Assembly (NCBI GenBank): GCA_951406725.2
Contig: OX597828.1
Span: 7,192,001-7,256,000, forward strand
Length of the DNA: 64,000 bases
Direction: 5' to 3'
From: Octopus vulgaris
Lineage: Eukaryota
Of this stretch, positions 53,369 to 64,000 are shown in pieces. The first letter of the stretch is position 1; the number at the start of each line of letters is the position of its first letter. The notes under the pieces were generated by a model that was not told the DNA's origin, made no database searches, and worked only from the letters and a program-made list of their open reading frames with translations. The translations under genes and the position numbers were made by a program.

Positions 53369-53859
53369 TGTTTGTATGCACGTGCTAGGCAGAGTGCCTA
53401 TGTGCACGTATGTCTGTTTTGGTATATAAATAGGTACACTCGTAACTACATGTGTACGTAAATGCAAACAGTTATACATACATACATATATACATATATA
53501 TATACATACGCATTTTTAACACATAGATAGTCTAGTGCATGTCTATATATTCACATACACACACAAATACATATACGTTATCAATATACTTGTAAATATG
53601 CATCTATATATATATAAATGCACCCCTCCCACATATATATGCATTTATATATATATATATATACATAATGTTGCACTTCCCTACGTATACAGATGTGTGT
53701 TCATTTACATACGCACACACACTCACACACATATATACATAAATATAAATATAAATATAAATATACATATATATATAATATACTTATATATATATATGTA
53801 TATATATATATTTGTATTTGGGTATATACCTATAAATGCATGTTCGTATATATATTTGG

Positions 53860-53932
<73 letters not shown>

Positions 53933-53940
53933 CATACACA

Positions 53941-53986
<46 letters not shown>

Positions 53987-54317
53987 CACACACATATGTA
54001 TGAGTGTGTAATATTGTATCATAGTTTAAATGAAGCATTGTGATGTACAATTAAAATTGATTTCGAAAACCAGTGCAACGTCAGGTCGAATTGCAAAAAG
54101 GAAAAAAAAAACTGGAAATACAATTAAATAAAAAATGAAAGAAAATTTACAATTTTACATTTTATTGAAATATTGAAATACAAGGTAAAAGGGTAATCTA
54201 TTCTTGTTTTACTTCGCTTCTGTTCAGAGGCCTTTATTACCAGCCTTCCATTGTTATACACACTTTCTTAATGTGTGTGCAGGTGCGTGTGCCTTCGTAT
54301 ACGTGCGTATAATATGT

Positions 54318-54403
<86 letters not shown>

Positions 54404-54956
54404 ATACATATATATTTGTATATAAATTCAAGCATATATATACATATACATATATATATATAAATAAATGCAAATATATATATATATACATAGATATATA
54501 CACACTATAGAAACATACACAGAAGCATTCTTACACACACATGCATATATATATATTGATATATGTATATATACATGCATACAAATATACATGTATATAT
54601 CTATATATATACATGCATATATATATGTATATATATATAAACATGTATATATATAAACTTGTATATATATATATATATATATATATCAATTAGAATCGTT
54701 AGTGTAGTGGAGTACATATATACATGCTAATCAGCTGTGCCTATACTATATATATAAATATACAATTGATGTATGTATGTGTCGGTTTGTGTGTGTTTAT
54801 ATGTGTGTGCGATTCTGTGTGTGCGTGTGTGCGCGATTTTATTTATGTTTCCTCTTTTTGTGTCTTTTATTTTTTAGTTCATTTTTTTCATACTGAAATA
54901 TACGTATGAGTGTATACGTTTGAACCTTAAAAGATTATGACTTTTATTTAATTGTC

Positions 54957-54993
<37 letters not shown>

Positions 54994-55227
54994 ATACAGA
55001 CATACGCTCACTCAGACGAACACAGACACACACACGTACGCACACATACACACACACACACGTACACACATAACATGGATATGCGTATATGTGCAAATGT
55101 CTGCATGTGTGGGGGGTTTGCACGTATGCGTAAATACCTCATCACACATATGTATACTGATAAGTTCATATACACACACACATACATACATACACACATA
55201 CATACTTACATATACTTACATACATAC

Positions 55228-55258
<31 letters not shown>

Positions 55259-55335
55259 CATACATACATACATACATACATACAAACATGCATGCATGCA
55301 TATACACATGTAACGTTACTAGTTTAGATATTACC

Positions 55336-55568
55336 TATTGCATTACTACCCACAAGGGGCTAAACACAGAGAGGACAAACAAGGACAAACAAAGGGATTA
55401 AGTCGATTATATCGACCCCAGTGCGTAACTGCTACTTATTTAATCGACCCCGAAAGGATGAAAGGCAAAGTCGACCTCGGCGGAATTTGAACTCAGAACG
55501 TAGCGGCAGACGAAATACCGCTAAGCATTTCGCCCGGCGTGCTAACGTTCCTGCCAACTCGCCGCCTT
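55336..55568 (-). mobile_element. SINE family B, full length, tail type 1
   Basis: 14-bp TSD gttt(a/t)gatattacc at 55322-55335 and 55569-55582. Confidence 0.94.
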
Positions 55569-55939
55569 GTTTTGATATTACCGCTCAATAAAATCACTTA
55601 AAGTCTGGCGTTGATTCGGGGTTCAGTCATTGATCGCCAGTCGGTGTAGTAATAGCAGCCACATATCTCTAAATTGATGACCTACATCTGAAAAATAACA
55701 CCCAAAAGAAAAAAAAAACAGAACAAAACCAAAATGAAAAACAAACAAAAGAACATAACAAAAGAAAAACCAAATGTATAATGCGGTGTTCTGCAAATAA
55801 TTGGTCTTATCTCGATTGAATCATTTGTGGCCATTGATCTGTTTTATCATGGCGGCCTGTTTATGCAACTGGTTCGCAAAATTCCAGTTTCCTCGACTCA
55901 CAGCTAAAAAGTGCTTGTGAATTTGTTTGTCTCTCGCTT

Positions 55940-56017
<78 letters not shown>

Positions 56018-56018
<1 letters not shown>

Positions 56019-56207
56019 ACGGGATGGTTTACGAAAATAAACAAAAGATGAAGGCATGTGGAGTACAAACAAACAAACGGCGCTCAGGAATAGAAATAGA
56101 ATAAGTCTTTTACGTTTCGAGCCTACGCTCTTCGACAGAAATATACACAGAAAAGAAACAAGGAGAGAAAAAAATGCCTGTATGATCTAACGGTCTATCA
56201 TGGCGTT

Positions 56208-56210
<3 letters not shown>
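56018..56210 (-). mobile_element. Penelope-like relic with variant minimal hammerhead (about 56106-56142)
   Basis: ttt-CTGTCGA-a-gagc(gtag)gctc-GAAAC-GTA-aaa; A6 replaced by U. Confidence 0.55.
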
Positions 56211-56254
<44 letters not shown>

Positions 56255-56259
<5 letters not shown>

Positions 56260-56552
56260 ATGGACAGATTTTTGGAGTTCAATAATACCCTGTACACCTA
56301 TTTGATTATGAAGATTTACAAACATACTTTCTCAGTGAAACTCAATATACTTACCATTATAAATAATACCAAATGTTCTTTTTCGGACTCTTCATAATGT
56401 GATACAAGTCTTTGGTGTAGTAATTGCATGCGGCTGAAGAAGGCTTTAAACTATCTGTTATGTCGATTATACATTGATGTAAGAATAAGTTGTTTTATAA
56501 AGCTCGAAACACGTGTACCGCGACATCCTTTGTGTTCTGTTTTCATTTCTTT

Positions 56553-56555
<3 letters not shown>
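56255..56555 (+). mobile_element. Penelope-like relic between (TA)n tracts
   Basis: Contains the hammerhead at 56430-56521. Confidence 0.6.
56430..56521 (+). ncRNA. Type I hammerhead ribozyme motif with palindromic stem III
   Basis: gcgg-CTGAAGA-a-ggcttta...taaagct-c-GAAA-cacgtg-TA-ccgc. The core is fully canonical. Confidence 0.75.
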
Positions 56556-56614
<59 letters not shown>

Positions 56615-57074
56615 AAATAGTTAACGTTTAATTACTTTTCTCTTTAGTATGTTGGTTGTACAAGGTTAAAGAATTATAAACTCCCTAATTTCATTTAACG
56701 CTGCAATTTGACTACATCTCCGTATTTAATCCTTTCTTTAGCAAATGGCCACTTGTACGAGAATCATTGGCATAAATAACAACTAGATGTGCAGCAATGA
56801 CTAATTCCTATTCTTGGGGCTCTGAATGCATATCTGCTCAGGGTCATCTTTGTCTTTCATTCTTTCGGGGTCGATATACAACAAAGCAATTCAGAAACAG
56901 TATAATTCCGAGACTTTTGAAATTTATCTGAGTGGGTTCCTTTATACTTTTTTCTCAGCCATTTTTACCTATGGACCCTTCTGATTCCTATTTTACTTGG
57001 TTGGGGCTTTGCAGCCATTCGATATTCAAAAATATCATTTATCTTCATAATTAAATATTATTATGAACTGTATA

Positions 57075-57535
57075 GGCGCAGGAGTGGCTGTGTGGTAAGA
57101 AGTCTGTTTCCTAGCCACATGGTTTCGGGTTAAGTCCCACACCGTGGAACCTTGGCAGGTGTCTTCTATTATAGCCTCAGGCCGACCAAAGCCTTGTAAA
57201 TGGGATGGCACCTTGGAGAAGTGTCGGGCCGACCAAAGCCTTGAGAGTGGCTTTGGCAGATGGAAACTGAGAGAAGCCCGTCATATAGATATATATTTAT
57301 GTATATATCTATGTGTACGTGTGTGTCTGTGTTTGTCCCCCATCACCGCTTGACAACCGGTGATGATGTTTTTACACCCCTGAAACTTAGCAGTTCGGCA
57401 AAAGAGACCGATAGAATAAGTACTCGGCTTCAAAAAAAAAGCCCTAAGGTCGATTTGTTCGATTAAGACCCTTCAAGGTGGTGCTCCAGCATGGCCACAG
57501 TCTAATGACTGAAACAAGTAACAGGCAAAAGATAA
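57075..57535 (+). mobile_element. SINE family A, full length with internal duplication, probably nested in an older hAT-like MITE (about 56950-57659)
   Basis: The 'ccttgg...gccgaccaaagccttg' segment is duplicated. The flanks share atgga/accc motifs and end 'ggttgaaaacctctg'. Confidence 0.85.
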
Positions 57536-57812
57536 AAATATTTTGTGTGTTGTAGAAGTATAACCAAGTTATTGCAGATAAATTTTAATGACAAGAACTT
57601 ACATGAACCCCTCAAGGGATATATGGACCCTCAAGGGCTATATAGGTTGAAAACCTCTGCTCTTTACAATAACTTCCAAGGCCTTTGATATACGAACAGT
57701 TTTCAATCCTCTTAATTGGTTATTTGATGGGCTGATGGGACTCTTCAGTGTGGTCAATTGGTTTATGCTGTTGTTATTGTATAGCCCACTTCCAATCCGA
57801 GTCAGATATATC

Positions 57813-58145
57813 GGAGACCCCTTTCGGTCACGAATGACCATAAGATTGCACCTAGAAAATTAGCTTCCGAGGCACAAGTCCGGGCAAGGTTGATTATGGA
57901 AGACCAGTAGTCGCCCATACATTCCAGCCTCCTCTCACCATGTCACTGATGTTATCCAAGGGAAAGGCAAAGGGGCCGATACAGCTTGACACCAGTGACG
58001 TCGCAACTCATTTCTACAGCTGACTGAACTGGAGTAACGTGAAATAAAGTCTCTTGCTCAAGAACACAACACACAGCCCAGATTCGAACTCACAACCTGA
58101 CGGTCGTAAGTTCGACGCTCTAACCACTGAGCCATGCGCCTTCAC
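57813..58145 (-). mobile_element. tRNA-derived SINE (C-like head, CORE-like body, RTE-like tail)
   Basis: Head gaaggcgcatggctcagtggttagagcg...gagttcgaatc; tail atggtcattcgtgaccgaaaggggtctcc; 10-bp TSD cagatatatc at 57803-57812 and 58146-58155. Confidence 0.88.
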
Positions 58146-58653
58146 CAGATATATCAGGCTCAAAGGTATTCAATGTATAGCCAAGGTTCTTCTGGGCAAG
58201 AAATCGTCTACCCAGAAAAAAAAATGGTGAATTGGCGAAGTCGTTACAGCATTAAAAAAAAAACACCTTGCAGAGTTTGTTCAGGTCGTCTGCTCACTGG
58301 GTTCAAATTCTACCGAAGTCAACGTCACCTTCCATTTTTTCGAAGTGGGTGATAAAAATACCAAAAAAAACCCCAAAAAACAGTGCGATGGAAAGCTGGA
58401 ATTTCGAGACCGTCGAAGAGATGTTTTGCAGTGTTTGTTTGCGGTCTGGCGGTAACGTCCTTGTCGACACTGGCACCAAGCCCTGATAGTGTGGAACGAT
58501 ACCAGTGCCATTTTGAGGAGACATTTGTATGCGTGGGGAATTGCTGTCCCGGAGTTTTAATGATTCTACCAGCTCACCACCTTAATAGTAATGATGATAA
58601 TAAGGATGATGATGATGATGATTATGATTATAATTATGATGATGATGATGATG

Positions 58654-58714
<61 letters not shown>

Positions 58715-58749
58715 ATAATAATGATGATAATAATAATAACAACAACAAA

Positions 58750-58926
58750 AATAATCCTTTCTACTAAAGGCAGAGAGCCTGAAATTTCACTGGTACTTAA
58801 TTTATCGACCCCCAAGGATAAAAGGCAAAGTCGACCTCGGCAGAATATGAACTCAGAATATAGCGACGGGCAAAATACCGCTGAGCATTTCATCCGGCGT
58901 ACCAACGATTCTACTAGCTCACCGTC
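58750..58926 (-). mobile_element. SINE family B, tail type 2, embedded in (AAT)n/(GAT)n/(AAG)n/(AAC)n arrays (58590-59180)
   Basis: ggtacttaatttatcgacccc...aaaggcaaagtcgacctcggc core. Confidence 0.85.
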
Positions 58927-58928
58927 TC

Positions 58929-58978
<50 letters not shown>

Positions 58979-59106
58979 TAATAATAATAATAATAATAAT
59001 GATGGTGATTATGATTATGATGATGATGATGATGTCAACGAGAAGAAGCAGAAGAAGAAGAAGAAGAAGAAGAAGAAGAACAACAACAACAACAACAACG
59101 ACGACG

Positions 59107-59155
<49 letters not shown>

Positions 59156-59981
59156 CTAGGATGATGATGATGATGATGATACAGAACTTTGCATTTAACA
59201 CACCACTTATCTCTCATTCGCCCAGTACCCAGTTAAATTCATGGCCGACTTTCATAACTCTTTTTCCTCTTTCTCGCTTGCTTCCCTCCATTTCTTCTTA
59301 CTCTTCATCCAATTCGCCCTCGTCATATATATATATATATATATATATACTTTTATACATAATTTGCGTACAAGCATTTATATATATATATTTTACAATT
59401 CATTTATGGAATATATATTTTACTTATGTAATATGTATGTAAGTATGTATATGTATGTATATGTATATTATATATACATATACATACATACATATATACA
59501 TACATACATACATATACATACATACATACATACACACATATATATATACACATACATCATACATACATGCATATATATATATCTATCTATATATATACAT
59601 ACACACTTACACACATAAATAAATACACAGTACACATAATCACACACAAACGCGCACATACACACACATATGTATAAAACAACAATAGAATTTATCTGTA
59701 GTGTTGTTTGCTAGACACATAATTTAATGAAAAAATATAAAAATCGATAATAAAAGGAGAACATAGATTATATGAAGGAAATGGAAAAAGTGAGTGTATG
59801 TGTGTGTGTGTGTGTGTGTGTGTTCGTGCGTGTGTTTGAGTGTGTGTTTGTGTGTATGTGTATGTATTGATAGATTAATAGATAGATACATATATACATA
59901 GATATACATACATATATACATATACATGCAGGCATACATATCTATCTGACTGTGTGTCTATCTATCTATACATATATATAT

Positions 59982-60170
59982 TCTTTTTTTTTTTAAAATT
60001 TTTTTTTTTGTTTTTTTCTTCCCTTTTACGATCCCTCTTGATCGAAAACCTACGCCAACCCTTTTTTTTTTGTTTCTTTTGTTTTTTGTTTTTTTCATCC
60101 CCCAAAAGAAAAGCTCTACCTTGTAACTTGTCCCATCTGTGTGCAGCCCTGTGTGACCAATAAAGAAACT
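59982..60170 (+). mobile_element. 3'-UTR-only copy of the Tx1-like LINE at 893-2010
   Basis: ccccaaaagaaaagctctaccttgtaa...gtgtgcagccctgtgtg..caataaagaaac matches the reverse complement of 893-965. TSD tatctatacatatatatat at 59963-59981 and 60171-60189. Confidence 0.88.
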
Positions 60171-60224
60171 TATCTATACATATATATATATATGTATATA
60201 TACATATACATACATATATATTTA

Positions 60225-60265
<41 letters not shown>

Positions 60266-60342
60266 TTATTTATATGTATATATATACATATATATATATA
60301 TATCTATATACATACATACATGCATACATACATATATATATA

Positions 60343-60409
<67 letters not shown>

Positions 60410-60884
60410 ACGTAAATATTTAACGTTCAATACATCTGTGTGTATATGTATTTGAAGTTATGTATGCGTTATACCGTCCTAATGAGTCCGAGTAGAACTG
60501 TAGCAAACCAGCGTCACACCTGCCAGTACACACCAATGATCCCAGAAGGAAGGAAAACACAAAGTCAACTCTGACCGGGTTTGAAAGTTCAACCATGACG
60601 AATTAAAATACTGTGATTCCTTCAGTTGGGTGAACTGATACCTCATTATATTCTAGTTATTATTGCAAGACTTATTTAATAAGCCATAAGGGATTTCTAA
60701 TGACTGATCCCTGTGGATGAAGGATATAATGGGGTTTTAGAGTTGAATTCTATTCTATTCCACGACTGGAAATGTTGAGCTTTATCTACTTAAAGTGAGC
60801 CTATGACGCACACAGGTCATCAGTAACGAGCCACGGGTTTTTGGTCTACATGTGATGGCCTTCGAAAAACTAAGATCTCTGTAT

Positions 60885-61375
60885 AGGCATAGCTGTGTGG
60901 TAAGAAGGCGGCGAGCTGGCAGAAACGTTAGCACGCAGGGCGAAATGCTTAGCGGTATTTCGTCTGCCGTTACGTTCTGAGTTCAAATTACGCCGAGGTT
61001 GACTTTGCCTTTCATCCTTTTGGGGTCGATAAATTAAAGACCAGTTACGCACTGGGGTCGATATAGTCGACTTAATCCGTTTGTCTGTCCTTGTTTGGCC
61101 CCCTCTGTGTGTGGCCCCTTGTGGGAAGTAAAGAAATAAGAAGTTTGCTTCCTAACCACATTGTTCCGGTTTCAGTCCCTCGGGTCAACCAAAGCTTTGA
61201 GAGCCGATTTGGTTGACGGAAATTGAAAGAACCAAGTCGTATATGCAATCAGCTGAAATTACTACGATGATCCGGTTCTTGACTGAAGACTGAGGTTTCG
61301 AATGTCCTGTCCGTGTTTATTGTATCGTCTTCTTGAGTTATACGTTCTTGTCCATGTTGTATTTTTCTACATACC

Positions 61376-61474
<99 letters not shown>

Positions 61475-61599
61475 ATATATATATGAATATGTATATATGA
61501 TGAACGGCAACGAGAAACTCAGAGTAACAGATTTTGTTGAATTTTCTGCTGCTTAAAATAAAGTATATATAAATATATATATTTATATATATGTATAAA

Positions 61600-61641
<42 letters not shown>

Positions 61642-61842
61642 TGTGTTTCTCCCACACACCACTTGACAACCGGTGTTTGCATCTCCGTAACATAGCTGTT
61701 CGACAAAAGAGACTGACGGGATTAAGTACCAGGATTAAAAATATCAGTACTGTGGTCGATTCGTTCAACAAAAATTCATGAAAGCGGTGCCCCAGCATGG
61801 CCGCAATCTAATGACTGAAACAAGAAAAAGAGAAAAAGAGAA
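60885..61842 (+). mobile_element. SINE family A split by a SINE-B (60906-61138) and a Penelope-like insert (61245-61378)
   Basis: The A head 'gctgtgtggtaagaag' resumes as 'agaagtttgcttcctaaccac' at 61139. The A 3' module is at 61640-61842. Confidence 0.82.
60906..61138 (+). mobile_element. SINE family B, full length, tail type 1
   Basis: Complete head, body and tail; short duplication agaag. Confidence 0.93.
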
Positions 61843-62154
61843 GTTATGTTGGAGTAGTCTTCATTGCTCACATTTGACCAGACATTTGCATATGTAAGCG
61901 CCTGGAGGTTTCCCAAGCATGCAATTTACCCTTATTCACGAAATCGTTTATCCACGGCAAAGGCAACCGACGTGTGCTCTTACAAATTGGTATCAGTGTC
62001 GTTGCAGACGTACCGTTAGAACATATAGAACTGGAACAAAGACCACAAGGCACCTTCAAAACATTTTCTCCAATCCACCACCTTAGATTGGTCCCTTGTT
62101 TTATCCACACTGAAGAACGATAAGCTAAGGTGACACTTTTTAGTAATTAATCTA

Positions 62155-62405
62155 TTAGTCATTAGACTGCAGCCATGCTGGGGTACCACCATAAAGAAAT
62201 TGTAATTGAATATATCGACCTCAAAACGCAAGGTTACGGGGACTTAAACACACCAACACCGGTTTTCAAGCGTTGGTGGTGGGGAGGGACAACATAGACA
62301 CAAACACACATATAAACAACGGTCTTTTTACAGTTTCCATCTACAAAATCAATTCACAGGGCTTTGGTCGGCGAGAGGTTATAGTAAAAGACATTTGTCC
62401 GAGGT
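62155..62405 (-). mobile_element. SINE family A, diverged
   Basis: gtcattagactgcagccatgctgg...aaacacaccaacaccggtt. Confidence 0.75.
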
Positions 62406-62724
62406 GAAATAATCAGCTATCTTTCTGGAACGATGATGTACTTCGGCTGAGTAAGGTATGTCCAATAGCTTGTTGTTGAATGAGGATGCCTTTAGACGGC
62501 CGCTGAGCCTACTGGAAATAGAACTAAAGCCATCTGTTAATTAAATCCGATTCACTTAAATAGTGAAGGAGCTTCCCCTCATACTACCATCAGAATTAAC
62601 AAAACTATCAGCAATTCTAATGAATGTTATAAGCCTAAGAGCGGGAAAGAGATGGTGGGAGAGAGGAGGTGAGAGAAAAAGAGCAAGAGAAGGGAGAGGG
62701 GGAGAGAGAGTGAGAGAGAGAGAG

Positions 62725-63249
62725 CAAGGAAGTTTCGATGTGGTTTCTTGCACTGCCAGAAACAGCAGGCAACTCTTCCTCCAAATATCCTGCATCTTTA
62801 GGAAAAGGGAAGAGACTTATTTGATAATGTATTCCTAGATATACACCGACCCTAAAAAGAGAAAAACAAGGACAGTAATTAAGGTGTTGAGTCTGGGGCG
62901 GAGTGGGAAGATGATGGAAGCATAAGGTCGCCATCACTAGTGATCACTCCAAACACCATGATGCTGACTGGATGTTTGGTTTTTGTCACTCTCCGTACAT
63001 ATCTTCAGATTGTACTGTCCTCAGATTGACACCTAAACACTCTGAAATGTTTGTATTGGAACTTGCGGCGCGAATGCCAAAGCAGTACAGCATGTCATTT
63101 CCAAATTTCTGGCAGAGTGAATTGCATCATTGTGCTTTATTTCTCACAGACGGTGCCTAACTGACCCTACTATACTGTGTAGTGGACAAAATCAAAAACA
63201 AATAATGCGCGTACATATCTAATGGCGACAATTCGCTCATCGCACCCTG
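62725..63249 (-). mobile_element. Internally deleted maT/Tc1-like transposon
   Basis: TA-cagggtgcg terminus at 63249. N-terminus MMQFTLPEIWK*HAVLL...SSNTNISECLGVNLRTVQ (HTH-like). Core motif KTKHPVSIMVFGVITSDGDLM. Confidence 0.75.
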
Positions 63250-63324
63250 TATATGTGTGTGTGTGCTAATATGCATACACACACACACACACACATACAT
63301 ATGTATGTATCATATGTAGTATAT

Positions 63325-63560
63325 GTCTTTGTGTCTATGTCTGTCCTCCCCAACCACTAGGCAACGGAGGGGGTTGGTGTGTTTAACATCCCCGTAACTT
63401 AGTGGTTCGGCAAAGTAGACTGATAAAATAAATCCCAAGAACAAAAGCAATGGAACAAAAAACAGCAACAGGAAGTACTACGGTTGATCCATTCGCCTAA
63501 AAATTTCTCTAGGCGTTGCCCCAGCATGGCCGCAGTCTTGTAACTAAAAGAAGTAAATTA
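63325..63560 (+). mobile_element. SINE family A, 3' part
   Basis: ccccgtaacttagtggttcggcaaa...ccagcatggccgcagtc. Confidence 0.75.
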
Positions 63561-63909
63561 TAAATATAATATATATTTATACATATATAATACAACACGC
63601 ATTCCTCGTTTGACATGTCTATAGAATTGGTAAGTTCCTGGTTAGTTACATGACTGATGGTGGCCCGATACACGGCTGAAACATTATAGTACGTCTACTT
63701 CCTCAGTCAAATTACTTAATGCAACTGAATAACGACATACCAGGAAGTACGTGAAGCTAAATGCTTTAACGGAGTATCAGACCACCATCACGTGACCGAA
63801 CAGGAATTAACCCATGACGTACATAACGGGGCGTATCGTTTTTCTTTCAACAGAGAACATACATTGTTACATACATACATTGTATTACATACGTTGTGTT
63901 ACATACATT

Positions 63910-64000
63910 GGATCTTTTCGGTTTGAATGGCAGTTTTTTAAAATAATTTCCACGTAACTAAACACTTTTAAACTTCGTATACTGGTAGAATGTGTTTATA
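63910..64000. mobile_element. Second copy of the Merlin-like MITE (opposite orientation; runs off the window)
   Basis: Reverse complement of about 6815-6887, including the TIR ggatcttttcggtttgaa. Confidence 0.88.

Noticed and set aside
57685-57755. Possible hammerhead on the minus strand (CTGAAGA...GAAAAC)
   Set aside because: Stems I and III do not form.
63640-63700. Possible hammerhead (CTGATGG...GAAAC...GTA)
   Set aside because: A9 is substituted and stem I does not pair in register.

Overview
This is AT-rich eukaryotic non-coding DNA, most likely from a coleoid cephalopod such as Octopus (inferred from the tRNA-SINE families and the extreme microsatellite load). I can support no host protein-coding exon, functional RNA gene or CRISPR array. 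Almost all listed ORFs are translations of microsatellites or SINEs. The real coding traces are dead transposon ORFs: a 5'-truncated L1/Tx1-clade LINE (893-2010, plus a second 3' end at about 60 kb), an RTE LINE, two R4/Dong-like RLE LINE relics, three Tc1/mariner relics and several MITEs. Around 45 tRNA-derived SINE copies are present (working names A, B, C), often nested and with readable target-site duplications (TSDs). The most interesting observations are four. (1) Many small Penelope-like relics carry hammerhead-ribozyme cores, including a tRNA-headed SINE with a hammerhead-bearing Penelope-type tail and inverted-repeat insertion geometry (41246-41779). (2) A candidate hammerhead has its three strands in an order that is not type I, II or III (15182-15243). 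(3) One SINE subfamily has a 3' tail matching the Tx1 LINE 3' end, inserts at GC|RRWA sites and targets itself. (4) Both Tx1 copies end at |TATCTAT. All alignments and folds were done by eye, so boundaries are approximate unless TSDs or TIRs are quoted.
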